A stretch of DNA of 64,000 bases, from NCBI GenBank assembly GCA_023554445.1, contig JAMJQQ010000119.1:1925-65924 (forward strand), given 5' to 3'. The position numbers and the translations under genes were made by a program. Under the pieces are notes generated by a model that was not told the origin of the DNA, did no database searches, and was given only the letters and a program-made list of their open reading frames with translations. Positions 20,001 through 29,220 of this stretch are shown here, one piece after another. How positions within the stretch are numbered: position 1 is the first letter of the stretch; each line of letters begins with the position of its first letter. This stretch comes from Candidatus Carthagonibacter metallireducens (GTDB lineage: Bacteria; Gemmatimonadota; Gemmatimonadetes; Palauibacterales; Palauibacteraceae).

Positions 20001-21290
20001 ATGCATGGCTGCCATCCCCTCTATCTGAGGACCATTGCGCGTTGCTGCCGGCAAGGCGCACTTTCGGCCGACACGACTCGGAGGCAAGCCGGACTTCCTT
20101 CTATCCGGTTACACGGGTTGACTGAGACGACGACCATACCGGAGCCGCGTGAACGTGGCCCCCTGGACCATCCCCTGGTTCGGGCGGCCCTGGTACTTCT
20201 GTTGCTCTACGTCTTTCTCGTCGGAGTCAACGGTCTCGGAGACGGATTCAAGTCGCTGGGAGCCGGGCTGCTCGACTCCTTCTTCCGTGCCACCGAGAAT
20301 CCCTTCATGGGGCTGATGGTCGGAGTTCTCGCAACGACCCTGGTGCAGAGCTCCTCTGTATCGACTTCCCTGATCGTTGGCCTCGTGGCGGCCCCGGCGA
20401 ATCCTCTCCCGCTGGCCAACGCCATCCCGATGGTCATGGGCGCCAACATCGGGACGACCGTGACGAACACCCTCGTCTCGATGGCTCACATGGGACGCCG
20501 TCAGGAATTCGAACGGGCATTCGCCGTGGCCACGTGCCACGACTTCTTCAACTTCCTGGCGGTAGCGATCTTCCTCCCGCTGGAGATGGCGACCGGCTAC
20601 CTGCAGAAGTCGGCGACCTGGCTGTCCGGGAAGCTGACGGGCATCGGGGGCGTCGAATACGACAGTCCGTTGAAGGGAGCTCTGAAGGCTACCGTCGCAC
20701 CCATCAAGGATGTGCTTCAGGCCATCCTGCCGACCGATCGCCTGGCGGCCGTGGCGCTGATTCTGGTCTCCGGCCTCCTGATTTACCTGGCCCTGATGCT
20801 GCTCGTGAAGACCATGCGCAGCTTCATGCAGGCCCGGGTAGAGACGATCGTGTCCCGTGGCCTGTACAAGGCGCCGGCCTTCGCGATCGTCGTCGGGATC
20901 GTGGTCACCGTCATGGTGCAGTCGAGCTCGATCACGACGTCGCTCCTCGTGCCCCTCGCTGGAGCCGGCCTGATCACCCTCGAGCAGGCCTTCCCGATCA
21001 CCATTGGCGCCAACATCGGTACGACCATCACGGCCGCTCTCGCGGCACTTGCGGCGACCGGCCCGAACGCGCGGTGGGGGATCACGATCGCCCTCGTTCA
21101 CTTCCTGTTCAACCTCTCGGCGACTCTCTTCATTTACCCGATTCCGAGGATCCGGGAGATCCCGCTGAACGCCGCGAGGAAGCTGGCGTCCATTGCGGTG
21201 GAATCGCGCAGGTGGGCGCTGATTTACGTGCTCGCATTGTTCTACGGAGTGCCGCTGCTGTTCGCGGGGCTCAATCACCTACTCAACTGA
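20001..21290 (+). CDS. Na+/phosphate cotransporter (PNaS/NptA family); true start probably later (TTG 20118)
   Basis: Has LGDGFKSLGAGLLDSFFRATENPFMGLMVGVLATTLVQSSSVSTSLIVGLVAA and an internal repeat with QSSSITTSLLVPLAGAG, the Na_Pi_cotrans signature. The first 40 aa of the ORF are non-hydrophobic junk. Confidence 0.8.
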   Translation: MHGCHPLYLRTIARCCRQGALSADTTRRQAGLPSIRLHGLTETTTIPEPRERGPLDHPLVRAALVLLLLYVFLVGVNGLGDGFKSLGAGLLDSFFRATENPFMGLMVGVLATTLVQSSSVSTSLIVGLVAAPANPLPLANAIPMVMGANIGTTVTNTLVSMAHMGRRQEFERAFAVATCHDFFNFLAVAIFLPLEMATGYLQKSATWLSGKLTGIGGVEYDSPLKGALKATVAPIKDVLQAILPTDRLAAVALILVSGLLIYLALMLLVKTMRSFMQARVETIVSRGLYKAPAFAIVVGIVVTVMVQSSSITTSLLVPLAGAGLITLEQAFPITIGANIGTTITAALAALAATGPNARWGITIALVHFLFNLSATLFIYPIPRIREIPLNAARKLASIAVESRRWALIYVLALFYGVPLLFAGLNHLLN

Positions 21291-21303
21291 AGCCGGGGAC
21301 AGC

Positions 21304-22023
21304 ATGCTGAAGGAACTGATCTCGCTGTTTCGATCCGACCAGCCGCTGCAGGAGATGGGAAAGAACTTCGCGGCGATGCTGAACCTGACGTACGAGATGA
21401 CGATACAGGCTGGCGAGATCTTCTTCGGTGGAGTGGTATCGCCCTCGGACAGCAACAGCCTGTACCAGCGCGATATCCAGGTGAACAAGCTGGAGCGCAG
21501 AATCCGCAAACAGGTGATCGCGCACCTTTCGCTCTCCGGCTCAACTCCCTCTCTCCCCTACTGCCTTCTGCTGGTCAGCCTCGTCAAGGATGTGGAGCGG
21601 ATCGGCGACTACGCGAAGAACCTCGCCGAAGTCAGGCAGTATCATCCGCTTCCGCTGCCCGACGACGAGTTCGTGGCTGAGTTGCAGGCCATCCGTGAGG
21701 GCGTCGAACAGTCGTTCGTCCAGAGCAGAGAGGTGTTCGTGGCGTCGGATCGGGAACGGGCGCTGGACCTGATCCGGGAGGGCCGAAGTCTGACACACCG
21801 GTGCGACATGCTCGTGGCGAGGGTCGCAGCGAGTGACTACGGAGCCCGCGACGCGACGGCGGTCGTCATGGGCGCTCGGTTCTACAAGCGGATCGCCGCG
21901 CACGTCCTGAACATTCTGTCGAGCGTAGTGATGCCTCTGCACAAGCTGGATTATTACGACGAGAAGGAGCTTCCGCCGGAATTCGCCGACCTCGAGGGAA
22001 CGGCTGACGACGAGGACGATTAG
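21304..22023 (+). CDS. PhoU-domain phosphate-transport regulator
   Basis: 239-aa protein with two PhoU-like repeats (DVERIGDYAKNLAE). It follows the Na/Pi transporter, as in NptA-PhoU pairs. Confidence 0.7.
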   Translation: MLKELISLFRSDQPLQEMGKNFAAMLNLTYEMTIQAGEIFFGGVVSPSDSNSLYQRDIQVNKLERRIRKQVIAHLSLSGSTPSLPYCLLLVSLVKDVERIGDYAKNLAEVRQYHPLPLPDDEFVAELQAIREGVEQSFVQSREVFVASDRERALDLIREGRSLTHRCDMLVARVAASDYGARDATAVVMGARFYKRIAAHVLNILSSVVMPLHKLDYYDEKELPPEFADLEGTADDEDD

Positions 22024-22136
22024 AGTCGGGGCGGCCGGATTCGGCGTCGCGGCCCACCCCCGACATTGAGCACGCACAGCGGGCGAACTACCGGCGCCCG
22101 GCCGCTAAGTTCGAGATGACGTCGATGACGAAGAAA

Positions 22137-22210
22137 TCGGGGCGGCCGGATTCGAACCGGCGACCCCCTGCTCCCAAAGCAGGTGCGCTACCGGACTGCG
22201 CCACGCCCCG
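22137..22210 (-). tRNA. tRNA-Pro (anticodon UGG)
   Basis: The reverse complement CGGGGCGTGGCGCAGTCCGGTAGCGCACCTGCTTTGGGAGCAGGGGGTCGCCGGTTCGAATCCGGCCGCCCCGA folds as a cloverleaf with a perfect 7-bp acceptor. The anticodon loop is TTTGGGA, the T-loop TTCGAAT, the discriminator A. CCA is not encoded. Confidence 0.9.
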
Positions 22211-22435
22211 ATGATGTGCTGTTCATCGATCCCCTGACGGGACCCCTGTTCGCCTGGCCCGCCGCCGGCGGGCTACTTGCTGCTTCAGCCGTGGCCTGAA
22301 CGGGTCCACAGCCAGAGTACGACACCAATCGCCACGACTGACAGTACTTCCGTCAACTCATCCTCCACTGGTGGTCTTCCTGGGCGCCCCGAAACTGGCG
22401 CAGCTCGAATCCGCACGCCAGCCCGACACCCGAAT

Positions 22436-24178
22436 TCACGTTCGCGCCGACCGCACCCGGCGGACGGCCGCGGCGCCCTCGAACAGTAGCCATAGTTCGA
22501 GTGCGAAGATCCCTCCCCCGACGACCAGAAGCATCGTCTGACTCTCACGAACGAACCGCAGAAGGTTGAGCACCATCGCCCAGGTCGTCATGAACAGCAG
22601 GAACCCCATAGGCACGACGGTGATCCAGATCGGCCGGCGGAGCCTGAAGAGGAATAGCGTCAGGATCAGCAGACTGAGCCCGGCCAGCAGCTGGTTCGTG
22701 GTGCCGAACAGAGGCCAGAGACGCATGCCACCCGCCCCCCGATCCAGTCCGAGCGCCAGAAGGCCGCAACTGGTGACCGCGATGAAGGTGGCCAGCCAGC
22801 GATTCTGGATCATCTTGATGCCGTACTCCGCACCCAGCTCCGCGATGATATAGCGCTGAAGACGGACGCTCGTGTCCAGGGTAGTGGCGGCGAAGCTGAT
22901 CACGACTACGGCCGCGAAGATCGTGGCGACGGCATGGGGAATGCCGATGCCTTCAGCCAGCACTCCGACGCCGTTCACGAATGCCGTCGTCGCTCCCGTC
23001 GAGGCGCTCGACCAGCTCGCGTAATGCTCCTGCCAGCCTTCTGCTCCGACGTAGAGCGCGAATCCCGCGGTGGTCGCGAGAATCGATGTCAGGGCGAGCG
23101 CCCCTTCTCCGAGCGCACCTCCATAGCCGACGTAACGAGCATCCGTCTCCCTGTCGAGCTGTTTGGAGGAGGTCCCCGAGGCCACGAGACCGTGGAATCC
23201 GCTGATCGCCCCGCACGCGATCGTGATGAACAGCAGGGGGAACCAGGACGGTGCGTCGGACGGCAGCGCGAGATTCACCGCGGGAGCCAGCACGGGTGGA
23301 TTCGTCACCAGCACCCCGAGGGAGATGATCCCCAGCGCGACGAACAGCTGGTGCCCGTTCACGTAGTCGCGCGGCTGCAGGAGGAGCCATACGGGAAGTA
23401 CACTGGCGACGAAGGTGTACGCGAACAGGATGAGGATCCAGCTGATCCGCCGGCCGTCGTTCGCCGCGGCTTGCGCCGCGGCAGCAGGGTCGCCCGAGGC
23501 CGCCGAGAGCTGCGCGCCGGTCGGTGCTAGACCGAAGAAGTCCGGCAGGGTGAAGGGCACGTACTGACCGAGCCAGATCAGGCCGTACAGGACCAGCAGC
23601 GCCCCGATCGACGGGGCCAGGATACCGGCACCCGTGCGGTAGATCAGCAGGCCCACCACGAGCGCCACGACGAGAGAACCCCAGACCGGGAGCACGGCTC
23701 CGGGATTGGCGAGAAACAGGTTCGCGATGATCACCGCGAACACGGCGTTCACCATCAGGAGCAGGAAGAAGATCAGCAGCAGGAAGAGCACCCGGGCCCT
23801 CGGCCCGACGATCTCCTCCGTCAGCGTCCCGATACTGTTTCCCCGATGCCGGACGGAGAGCCACAGGGTTCCGAAGTCGTGCACGGCTCCCGCGAAGATC
23901 GTCCCCAGCACCACCCAGAGGAATGCCGGCAGCCAGCCCCAGATCACCCCGATCGCCGGTCCGACGATGGGAGCCGCGCCCGCGACGGAGGTGAAATGGT
24001 GCCCGAACAACACGTGACGGTTCGTCGGCACGAAGTCGACTCCGTCCTCGAATTGATGGGCGGGGGTGACGAAGTCCGGGTCGAGTCGGTAGATCCGCTT
24101 CGCGATATAGCGCGAATAGACCAGGTAACCCGTGATGAACGCCGAGAAGCCGGTAACGAGGAGCGCGATGGCGCTCAT
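22436..24178 (-). CDS. cstA: Carbon starvation protein A (peptide/pyruvate transporter family)
   Basis: 580-aa polytopic protein with global CstA similarity (MSAIALLVTGFSAFITGYLVYSRYIAKRI...). Confidence 0.9.
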   Translation of the reverse strand: MSAIALLVTGFSAFITGYLVYSRYIAKRIYRLDPDFVTPAHQFEDGVDFVPTNRHVLFGHHFTSVAGAAPIVGPAIGVIWGWLPAFLWVVLGTIFAGAVHDFGTLWLSVRHRGNSIGTLTEEIVGPRARVLFLLLIFFLLLMVNAVFAVIIANLFLANPGAVLPVWGSLVVALVVGLLIYRTGAGILAPSIGALLVLYGLIWLGQYVPFTLPDFFGLAPTGAQLSAASGDPAAAAQAAANDGRRISWILILFAYTFVASVLPVWLLLQPRDYVNGHQLFVALGIISLGVLVTNPPVLAPAVNLALPSDAPSWFPLLFITIACGAISGFHGLVASGTSSKQLDRETDARYVGYGGALGEGALALTSILATTAGFALYVGAEGWQEHYASWSSASTGATTAFVNGVGVLAEGIGIPHAVATIFAAVVVISFAATTLDTSVRLQRYIIAELGAEYGIKMIQNRWLATFIAVTSCGLLALGLDRGAGGMRLWPLFGTTNQLLAGLSLLILTLFLFRLRRPIWITVVPMGFLLFMTTWAMVLNLLRFVRESQTMLLVVGGGIFALELWLLFEGAAAVRRVRSART

Positions 24179-25152
24179 CCGACCATTCCTCCCGCCGCCG
24201 GATCTCGAGTCGATCTGATGCTTCGCCCCAGTTCCCGGAGAGCCTCGAGGCCGACGACCTCCTTCGAGGCCGAAGGGACCTCCCAGCTCGACAGGTCCAT
24301 GTGCATAAGCGCGGAAAGTTCTGTCGGAACGGCCGCGAAAGCGTCGTCAGCCCGGTTGATGACCAGCCCGCCGATCGGAATCTGGTATTGGCGTAAAGTC
24401 TCGATCGCCCTTCGGGTCTCGAGAATCGGCAGCCGCTGGGGAGTGAGGACGAAGATGAAGGAAGTGTGCGCGTGATCCGTGAGGATTTCCCGAGCGCGCG
24501 AGAAGCGCTCGCGTCGATCCAGCAGTGCCTCGAGGACAGGATCCTTTGACTCTTCCAGTGATCCCGTGCCGGAGGAACCCCGCACCGACCGATCGCTGGC
24601 GGCCGCCGCGCCGGCCACGTTCCGCCACATGCGTCCGAGGGCACCGACCTTCCGCCTCCGCTGAATCATGCCCGACATCCAGGCGGTCATCAATTCGGGG
24701 AGTCCGAGCAGCCTCAGGGTGTGACCCGTCGGAGCCGTATCGAACACGATGTGCGCGTAGTCCGCCGATGCCTCCAGCACTCTCGCGAAGCGCTCGAACA
24801 GGGCTGCTTCCTCCGCACCGGGCGAGAGGCGGGCCACATCGATTTGCCGCTCCACTTCCGCCACCAGCCGGGGAGGCACCACATCCTCGGTGCGACGCTT
24901 CACTTCCTCGATGTAGCGCTCTGCCTCCACTGCGGGATCGAGCTCCATGGCGTCGAGCCCCTCGGCTACGCTTCGCGGTTCGTTGCCCAGCTCGAGCTCG
25001 AGAATGTCGCTCGTCGAGTGCGCCGGATCGGTCGAGACGAGCAAGGTGCGCCGACCGTCGTCAGCCGCTGCGAGAGAGGCGGCGGAGGCGATCGTGGTCT
25101 TGCCCACACCCCCCTTGCCGCCGAAGAAAGTGACCGGCCGGTTCAACAGCAT
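24175..25152 (-). CDS. ArsA/GET3-family P-loop ATPase
   Basis: The real start MLLNRPVTFFGGKGGVGKTT is at 25152 with a GGAGGGTGGG SD. It carries the ArsA signature DTAPTGHTLRLL. There is an ATGA overlap with cstA. Confidence 0.8.
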   Translation of the reverse strand: MLLNRPVTFFGGKGGVGKTTIASAASLAAADDGRRTLLVSTDPAHSTSDILELELGNEPRSVAEGLDAMELDPAVEAERYIEEVKRRTEDVVPPRLVAEVERQIDVARLSPGAEEAALFERFARVLEASADYAHIVFDTAPTGHTLRLLGLPELMTAWMSGMIQRRRKVGALGRMWRNVAGAAAASDRSVRGSSGTGSLEESKDPVLEALLDRRERFSRAREILTDHAHTSFIFVLTPQRLPILETRRAIETLRQYQIPIGGLVINRADDAFAAVPTELSALMHMDLSSWEVPSASKEVVGLEALRELGRSIRSTRDPAAGGMVG

Positions 25153-25493
25153 CGGAACCCACCCTCCGGAGCCTGCTCCATGCCGAGCCGCATGTGCCAC
25201 TCGTGGAAGCTCTCGATCGTGTCGGGCAACAGTTCGAGCGTGTAGAAGGAGACCGGGCTCGGAATCCCGAGCATGTCGGACATACCGAGAATGAGGAACA
25301 GGTCGCGCTGGCGCAGATACTCCCGGTGGATTTCCCTGCGGTAAGGCGCGACGTAGACACCTTCGTATATGTCGCGGGCGGCACGGAGTCTGAGGCGGAC
25401 CGTCGCCCACACCGCGGCCCTGTCCGCCGCGACGCGGTCCGCGTCTTCCGTCCGACGGTGATCCCCGGACTCTCCGCCGGTCGTGCCCCTCAT
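25143..25493 (-). CDS. Small hypothetical protein (about 116 aa), translationally coupled between the anti-sigma and the ArsA-like gene
   Basis: ATG 25493 overlaps the anti-sigma stop in ATGA. The C-terminal 70 aa are non-biased (DIYEGVYVAPYRREIHREYLRQRDLFLILGMSDMLGIPSPVSFYTLELLPDTIESFHEWHMRLG). Confidence 0.4.
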   Translation of the reverse strand: MRGTTGGESGDHRRTEDADRVAADRAAVWATVRLRLRAARDIYEGVYVAPYRREIHREYLRQRDLFLILGMSDMLGIPSPVSFYTLELLPDTIESFHEWHMRLGMEQAPEGGFRCC

Positions 25494-26431
25494 CGATTCG
25501 GACACGGTACTCTCTCGAACGACAACTCCGAGACGGAGTACGCGGCGTCCTCCGCGTCCCGATTCATCGAGCCCCGGTATACCCCTGCGAGTCGATCCTC
25601 TTCCACCCGGAGTCGAATTTCCAGCCCTGGGAATGCCACGATGATGCTGTCTGCCCCCAGTGGCCTCCACGAGGCCGTTGAAGGGGACATGACGCCTGCC
25701 TCGGCATCGGATTCGAATGTGCGTGAATCTTCGGCGACAAACGGATCGGGTTTCGCCTCCAGTCGGAACCAGGCCGTAACGCCGCCCGGCGAGTCCGTCG
25801 CAGAGCGCCAGCACCCGGCGACGCGTGGCGCAGACGCGAGCAGGGCCGGCGCGGGGTTGGCCTCGAGTCGTTCTCGGCCGGCCAGCTCGTCAGCGTCGAC
25901 TCGGGCCGGTTCGGTCGGAGCCTGCCTTAGCTCGGCCGGTTCCGCCTTCTGCCGCTCCGCCGCCTGTCGTGGCGCTTCCTCATCCGGCTCGGCATGCACC
26001 GCTTCCCTCTCGTACTCGAGCGTCGCCGGCAGATCGATGCCACGCCGATCCGACAGTTCACGCGCAAGGACCCCAGCGCTCACCGCCACCGCGATCGTGG
26101 CGGCCCAGGCAAGTCTCACCCGCGGCCCACGAGTCCAGCCGGAGCGACGCTTCGATCGCCCGCCCGCCGGGCGAACAGGTGCGTCACCCCCGGACCTGGC
26201 GGCCGATTCGAGCACCTGGAAGGCAGGCGGCGGCGGGAGGGGCGCATCGCTGGCGAGGAACATCGCGGAAACCGCAGCCTTCGAAGCCCTGGCTTCCTCC
26301 AGTCGGCGCAGGCATTGATCGCACTCTGCCAGGTGCCGCGCCACGGCCTCACCATCCATCCCGACGTCTGCATCGAGAGCGTCGTCGAGCCAGGCGTGCA
26401 GCACGCCATCCTCAATGTGCTGCATGGACAT
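25490..26431 (-). CDS. Anti-sigma factor (zf-HC2 type, single-pass membrane)
   Basis: The N-terminal HAWLDD...HLAECDQCLRRLEE is a zf-HC2 motif. It has one TM helix (AWAATIAVAVSAGVLA). It overlaps the ECF sigma gene by 20 nt. Confidence 0.75.
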   Translation of the reverse strand: MSMQHIEDGVLHAWLDDALDADVGMDGEAVARHLAECDQCLRRLEEARASKAAVSAMFLASDAPLPPPPAFQVLESAARSGGDAPVRPAGGRSKRRSGWTRGPRVRLAWAATIAVAVSAGVLARELSDRRGIDLPATLEYEREAVHAEPDEEAPRQAAERQKAEPAELRQAPTEPARVDADELAGRERLEANPAPALLASAPRVAGCWRSATDSPGGVTAWFRLEAKPDPFVAEDSRTFESDAEAGVMSPSTASWRPLGADSIIVAFPGLEIRLRVEEDRLAGVYRGSMNRDAEDAAYSVSELSFERVPCPNR

Positions 26432-26924
26432 CCTCGCCTCCCTCCAGCTCCGCGTAGGCGACGGCCAATTTTCGTCGAGCCCGGGACAGCGTCGTCCCTA
26501 CGGCCCCGGGTGACAGACCTGTCGCCTCGGCGATTTCGGCGTAGCTGAACCCTGCCTCGACCATCAGCAGGGATTCCCGCTCGCGCTCATTCAGTGAACC
26601 GAGAGCTTCTCGCACCCGATCACGAGTCTGCTGAATCGTCAGAATCTCATCGGGTGAAGGAGCGCCGCCTCCTGCGTCCGCCGCGACCAGGCGGAGCTTC
26701 TCTCTGCCACGAATCGCGCGCCGAGCCTCATCGCGAGTGAGATTGGCAGCGACCGTGAACAGCCAGGCTCGCGGCGAATCGGGAGTCCGCTCCTCTCCGA
26801 GTGCTCTGATGAATACCTCCTGCGCCAGTTCCTGCGCCCGCTCCGGGTCCCAGATCCGGCGGTCGATGTAACGGACGAGATCTCCCCAGACCTCGCGATA
26901 CAGGCTCGCCCATGGCTCGCTCAA
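26412..26924 (-). CDS. ECF-type RNA polymerase sigma factor (sigma-70 family, group 4)
   Basis: 170 aa with region 2 (AQEVFIRAL) and region 4 (GFSYAEIAEATGLSPGAVGTTLSRAR). Confidence 0.85.
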   Translation of the reverse strand: MSEPWASLYREVWGDLVRYIDRRIWDPERAQELAQEVFIRALGEERTPDSPRAWLFTVAANLTRDEARRAIRGREKLRLVAADAGGGAPSPDEILTIQQTRDRVREALGSLNERERESLLMVEAGFSYAEIAEATGLSPGAVGTTLSRARRKLAVAYAELEGGEDVHAAH

Positions 26925-27024
26925 CTGGCGTCTCTCGACCCTGATGACGCCCGGGATGCCCGATCCTGCACAACAAGGCCTGAACGGGAGCCGGACGGCA
27001 GCCCGAGCTTCGTGTCGGCAGTAC

Positions 27025-27636
27025 TCATGACAGCCAGGGACGGAGGCGTCGAATCGCGTCTGCCCGATGGCTGCGAGCAGCCTTTACCTCGGGCGGGAGC
27101 TGCCCGAAAGTCTGCGCCTCACCGTCGGGCAGGAAGAGAGGGTCGTATCCGAATCCGTTCGTGCCCGATTCCCGCTCGGAGATTCGGCCATGTACGGCTC
27201 CCCGGACGAGGAGCGAACGTCGATCGTCCACCAGCGCCAGTACACAGCGGTAGTGCGCACTACGGCCCTCGGCCCGGATGCGCGACAGCCGCTCGAGCAG
27301 CCACGCGTTGTTTGCCGCATCCTCGGTCCGACTCCCGCGAAACTCCGGTGGGGCGAACCTGCGGGAATACACCCCCGGAGCGCCGTCCAGCGCGTCCACA
27401 CAGAGTCCGGAGTCGTCGGCCACCGTCGCCAGTCCCGTCAGCTTTCGGTAGTAGCGCGCCTTCGCGAGTGCATTACCGTGAAACGTGTCATGGATCTCGA
27501 CGGATTCCTCTGCCGGGTGCGGCTCGACGCCGACGTCATCGAGTGAAACGACAGTCGCGGCAGTATCGTGCAGCAGGTCACGGATTTCATCGAGCTTGTG
27601 GGCGTTTCTGGTGGCGACGAGAAGCGTATTCGACAT
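27025..27636 (-). CDS. rdgB: Non-canonical purine NTP pyrophosphatase (dITP/XTP), RdgB/HAM1
   Basis: MSNTLLVATRNAHKLDEIRDLL...GTNGFGYDPLF is the Ham1 family signature. Confidence 0.9.
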   Translation of the reverse strand: MSNTLLVATRNAHKLDEIRDLLHDTAATVVSLDDVGVEPHPAEESVEIHDTFHGNALAKARYYRKLTGLATVADDSGLCVDALDGAPGVYSRRFAPPEFRGSRTEDAANNAWLLERLSRIRAEGRSAHYRCVLALVDDRRSLLVRGAVHGRISERESGTNGFGYDPLFLPDGEAQTFGQLPPEVKAARSHRADAIRRLRPWLS

Positions 27637-27657
27637 CGAGGTGGCGCCGGGCGGGGC

Positions 27658-28653
27658 TCAGGAACTCCCCACGGTCGCTACGGGACGGCTGGCTGTCGCA
27701 GCCTCGCCCGAGGGATCCGACCCGGCACCGGGATCGAAGCTCAGCACAAGCAGCAGCACCGGAAGATAAACCAGAGAGGTTCGGAACAGTCGCTGTGCAG
27801 ACGGAGAATCGGCCCGGGACCAGAATCGGAGAGCAGCGACCAGATAGGCCACTCCGAGCCCGATCGCCAGGAGCCCGTACAGGGCACCGGAGAGACCGAG
27901 AATCGCCGGAAGCAGGCTGGCAGGAATCAGGGCCAGCGCGTAGAGGACCGCCTGGGTTCGAGTCTGCTCCCCCGACGGATCGGTGACTCCGAGCATTCGC
28001 AGTCCGCCCCGCTGGTAGTCTTCGCGGAACATCCACGCGAGGGCGAGGAAGTGCGGCAGCTGCCAGAAAAACATGATCCCGAACAGAGCCCAGGCCCCGG
28101 GCCCCAGCTCACCACGCGCCGCGGTCCAGCCTCCCATGATCGGAAGCGCTCCCGGTATCGCCCCCACGAGGGTCGAGAGAGACGAGACCCGCTTCAGCGG
28201 CGTGTAGACAAGCACGTAACTCAGGAGCGCAATCGAGGCGAGGAGAGCCGTGAGCGTGTTCACGGCGACGGCGAGCAGTCCGATCCCCGCCAGCGAGATC
28301 GCTGCCGAGAAGAATCCGGCGGCGCGGGGAGTCACACGGCCCGTGGGAAGCGGCCGGTTGCGAGTTCGCTCCATCCGGGCATCCACGTCGCGTTCGATGA
28401 GCTGGTTCAGTGCACTGGTGCCACCGGCCACGAGGCCAATGCCCACCATCGTCAGCAGGAGCAGGCCGGGATCGGGATGCCCGCCGCTCGCAATCACGAA
28501 TCCCGCGGCGCTCGAAACGAGAACCATGGTGGTGATTCGGGGTTTCGTGAGCTGCAACAGATCTGCAGGCCGATTGAGTGCCGCGCCGGAGCCCGCGAGA
28601 CTCCCGGAGGTCGCTTCGCGTATCCGTTCTTCCTGGTCCGTCTGCTTCAACAT
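27658..28653 (-). CDS. ctaB: Protoheme IX farnesyltransferase (heme O synthase)
   Basis: UbiA-family membrane protein with LTKPRITTMVLVSSAAGF...NQLIERDVDARMERTRNRPLPTGRV, typical of CtaB/CyoE. Confidence 0.85.
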   Translation of the reverse strand: MLKQTDQEERIREATSGSLAGSGAALNRPADLLQLTKPRITTMVLVSSAAGFVIASGGHPDPGLLLLTMVGIGLVAGGTSALNQLIERDVDARMERTRNRPLPTGRVTPRAAGFFSAAISLAGIGLLAVAVNTLTALLASIALLSYVLVYTPLKRVSSLSTLVGAIPGALPIMGGWTAARGELGPGAWALFGIMFFWQLPHFLALAWMFREDYQRGGLRMLGVTDPSGEQTRTQAVLYALALIPASLLPAILGLSGALYGLLAIGLGVAYLVAALRFWSRADSPSAQRLFRTSLVYLPVLLLVLSFDPGAGSDPSGEAATASRPVATVGSS

Positions 28654-28695
28654 CTTCCCGACCTTCGTTGGGGACAGCCTGACGCGCGTCCGTAT

Positions 28696-29220
28696 TTACT
28701 CGTTCGTGCCCGGCTCACGCAACGCGGCGCCGCGAACTCTCCCGATCAGATCGCTGGTCGATCGACCCTGTTCGAGGTCGATGAGTCGGACCTCTCCCCC
28801 GGCCTCCAGTACCGCCCGCGCGCCGGCGATTTCCTCGATCCGGTAGTCCGCGCCCTTCACCAGCACGTCGGGAAGCAACCGTTCGATCAACGCCGCGGGC
28901 GTGTCGTCCTCGAAGATCGTTACGGCATCCACGCAACGCAGCGCCGCCAGGATCCGTGCCCTGTCCTCCGCCGTCTGAACCGGTCGTCCCGGTCCCTTGA
29001 GCCGATTCGTGGATTGGTCGGAATTGACGGCCACGACGAGTCGGTCGCCACAACCACGCGCCGCTTCCAACGACGTCACGTGCCCGCTGTGAAGCAGATC
29101 GAACACCCCGTTGCTGAAGACCAGCCGGTAACCGCGCGGCCTCCCGTACCTGCCGATGAACTCCTCATTGGAGAGCACCCGGGACGAGGAGTCCTCGTAC
29201 CCGTCCGAATCCCCGGTCAA
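28696..29220 (-). CDS. D-glycero-beta-D-manno-heptose-1-phosphate adenylyltransferase (HldE domain II as a separate gene)
   Basis: VFSNGVFDLLHSGHVTSLEAARGCGDRLVVAVNSDQSTNRLKGPGRPV aligns with the E. coli HldE C-terminal domain (VMTNGVFDILHAGHVSYL...VAVNSDASTKRLKG). Confidence 0.85.
   Translation of the reverse strand: MTGDSDGYEDSSSRVLSNEEFIGRYGRPRGYRLVFSNGVFDLLHSGHVTSLEAARGCGDRLVVAVNSDQSTNRLKGPGRPVQTAEDRARILAALRCVDAVTIFEDDTPAALIERLLPDVLVKGADYRIEEIAGARAVLEAGGEVRLIDLEQGRSTSDLIGRVRGAALREPGTNE

Noticed and set aside
20109-21278. 389-aa minus-strand ORF antisense to the Na/Pi cotransporter
   Set aside because: Arg/Asp/Gly/His-rich and non-hydrophobic, while the sense strand encodes a clear PNaS transporter.
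22953-24644. 563-aa minus-strand ORF overlapping cstA and the arsA-like gene in another frame
   Set aside because: Arg/Gly/Pro-rich composition. The overlapping frames encode recognisable CstA and ArsA-family proteins.
25194-26318. 374-aa plus-strand ORF across the anti-sigma/sigma region
   Set aside because: Ser/Arg/Ala-rich antisense frame. The minus strand carries a clean ECF sigma/anti-sigma pair.
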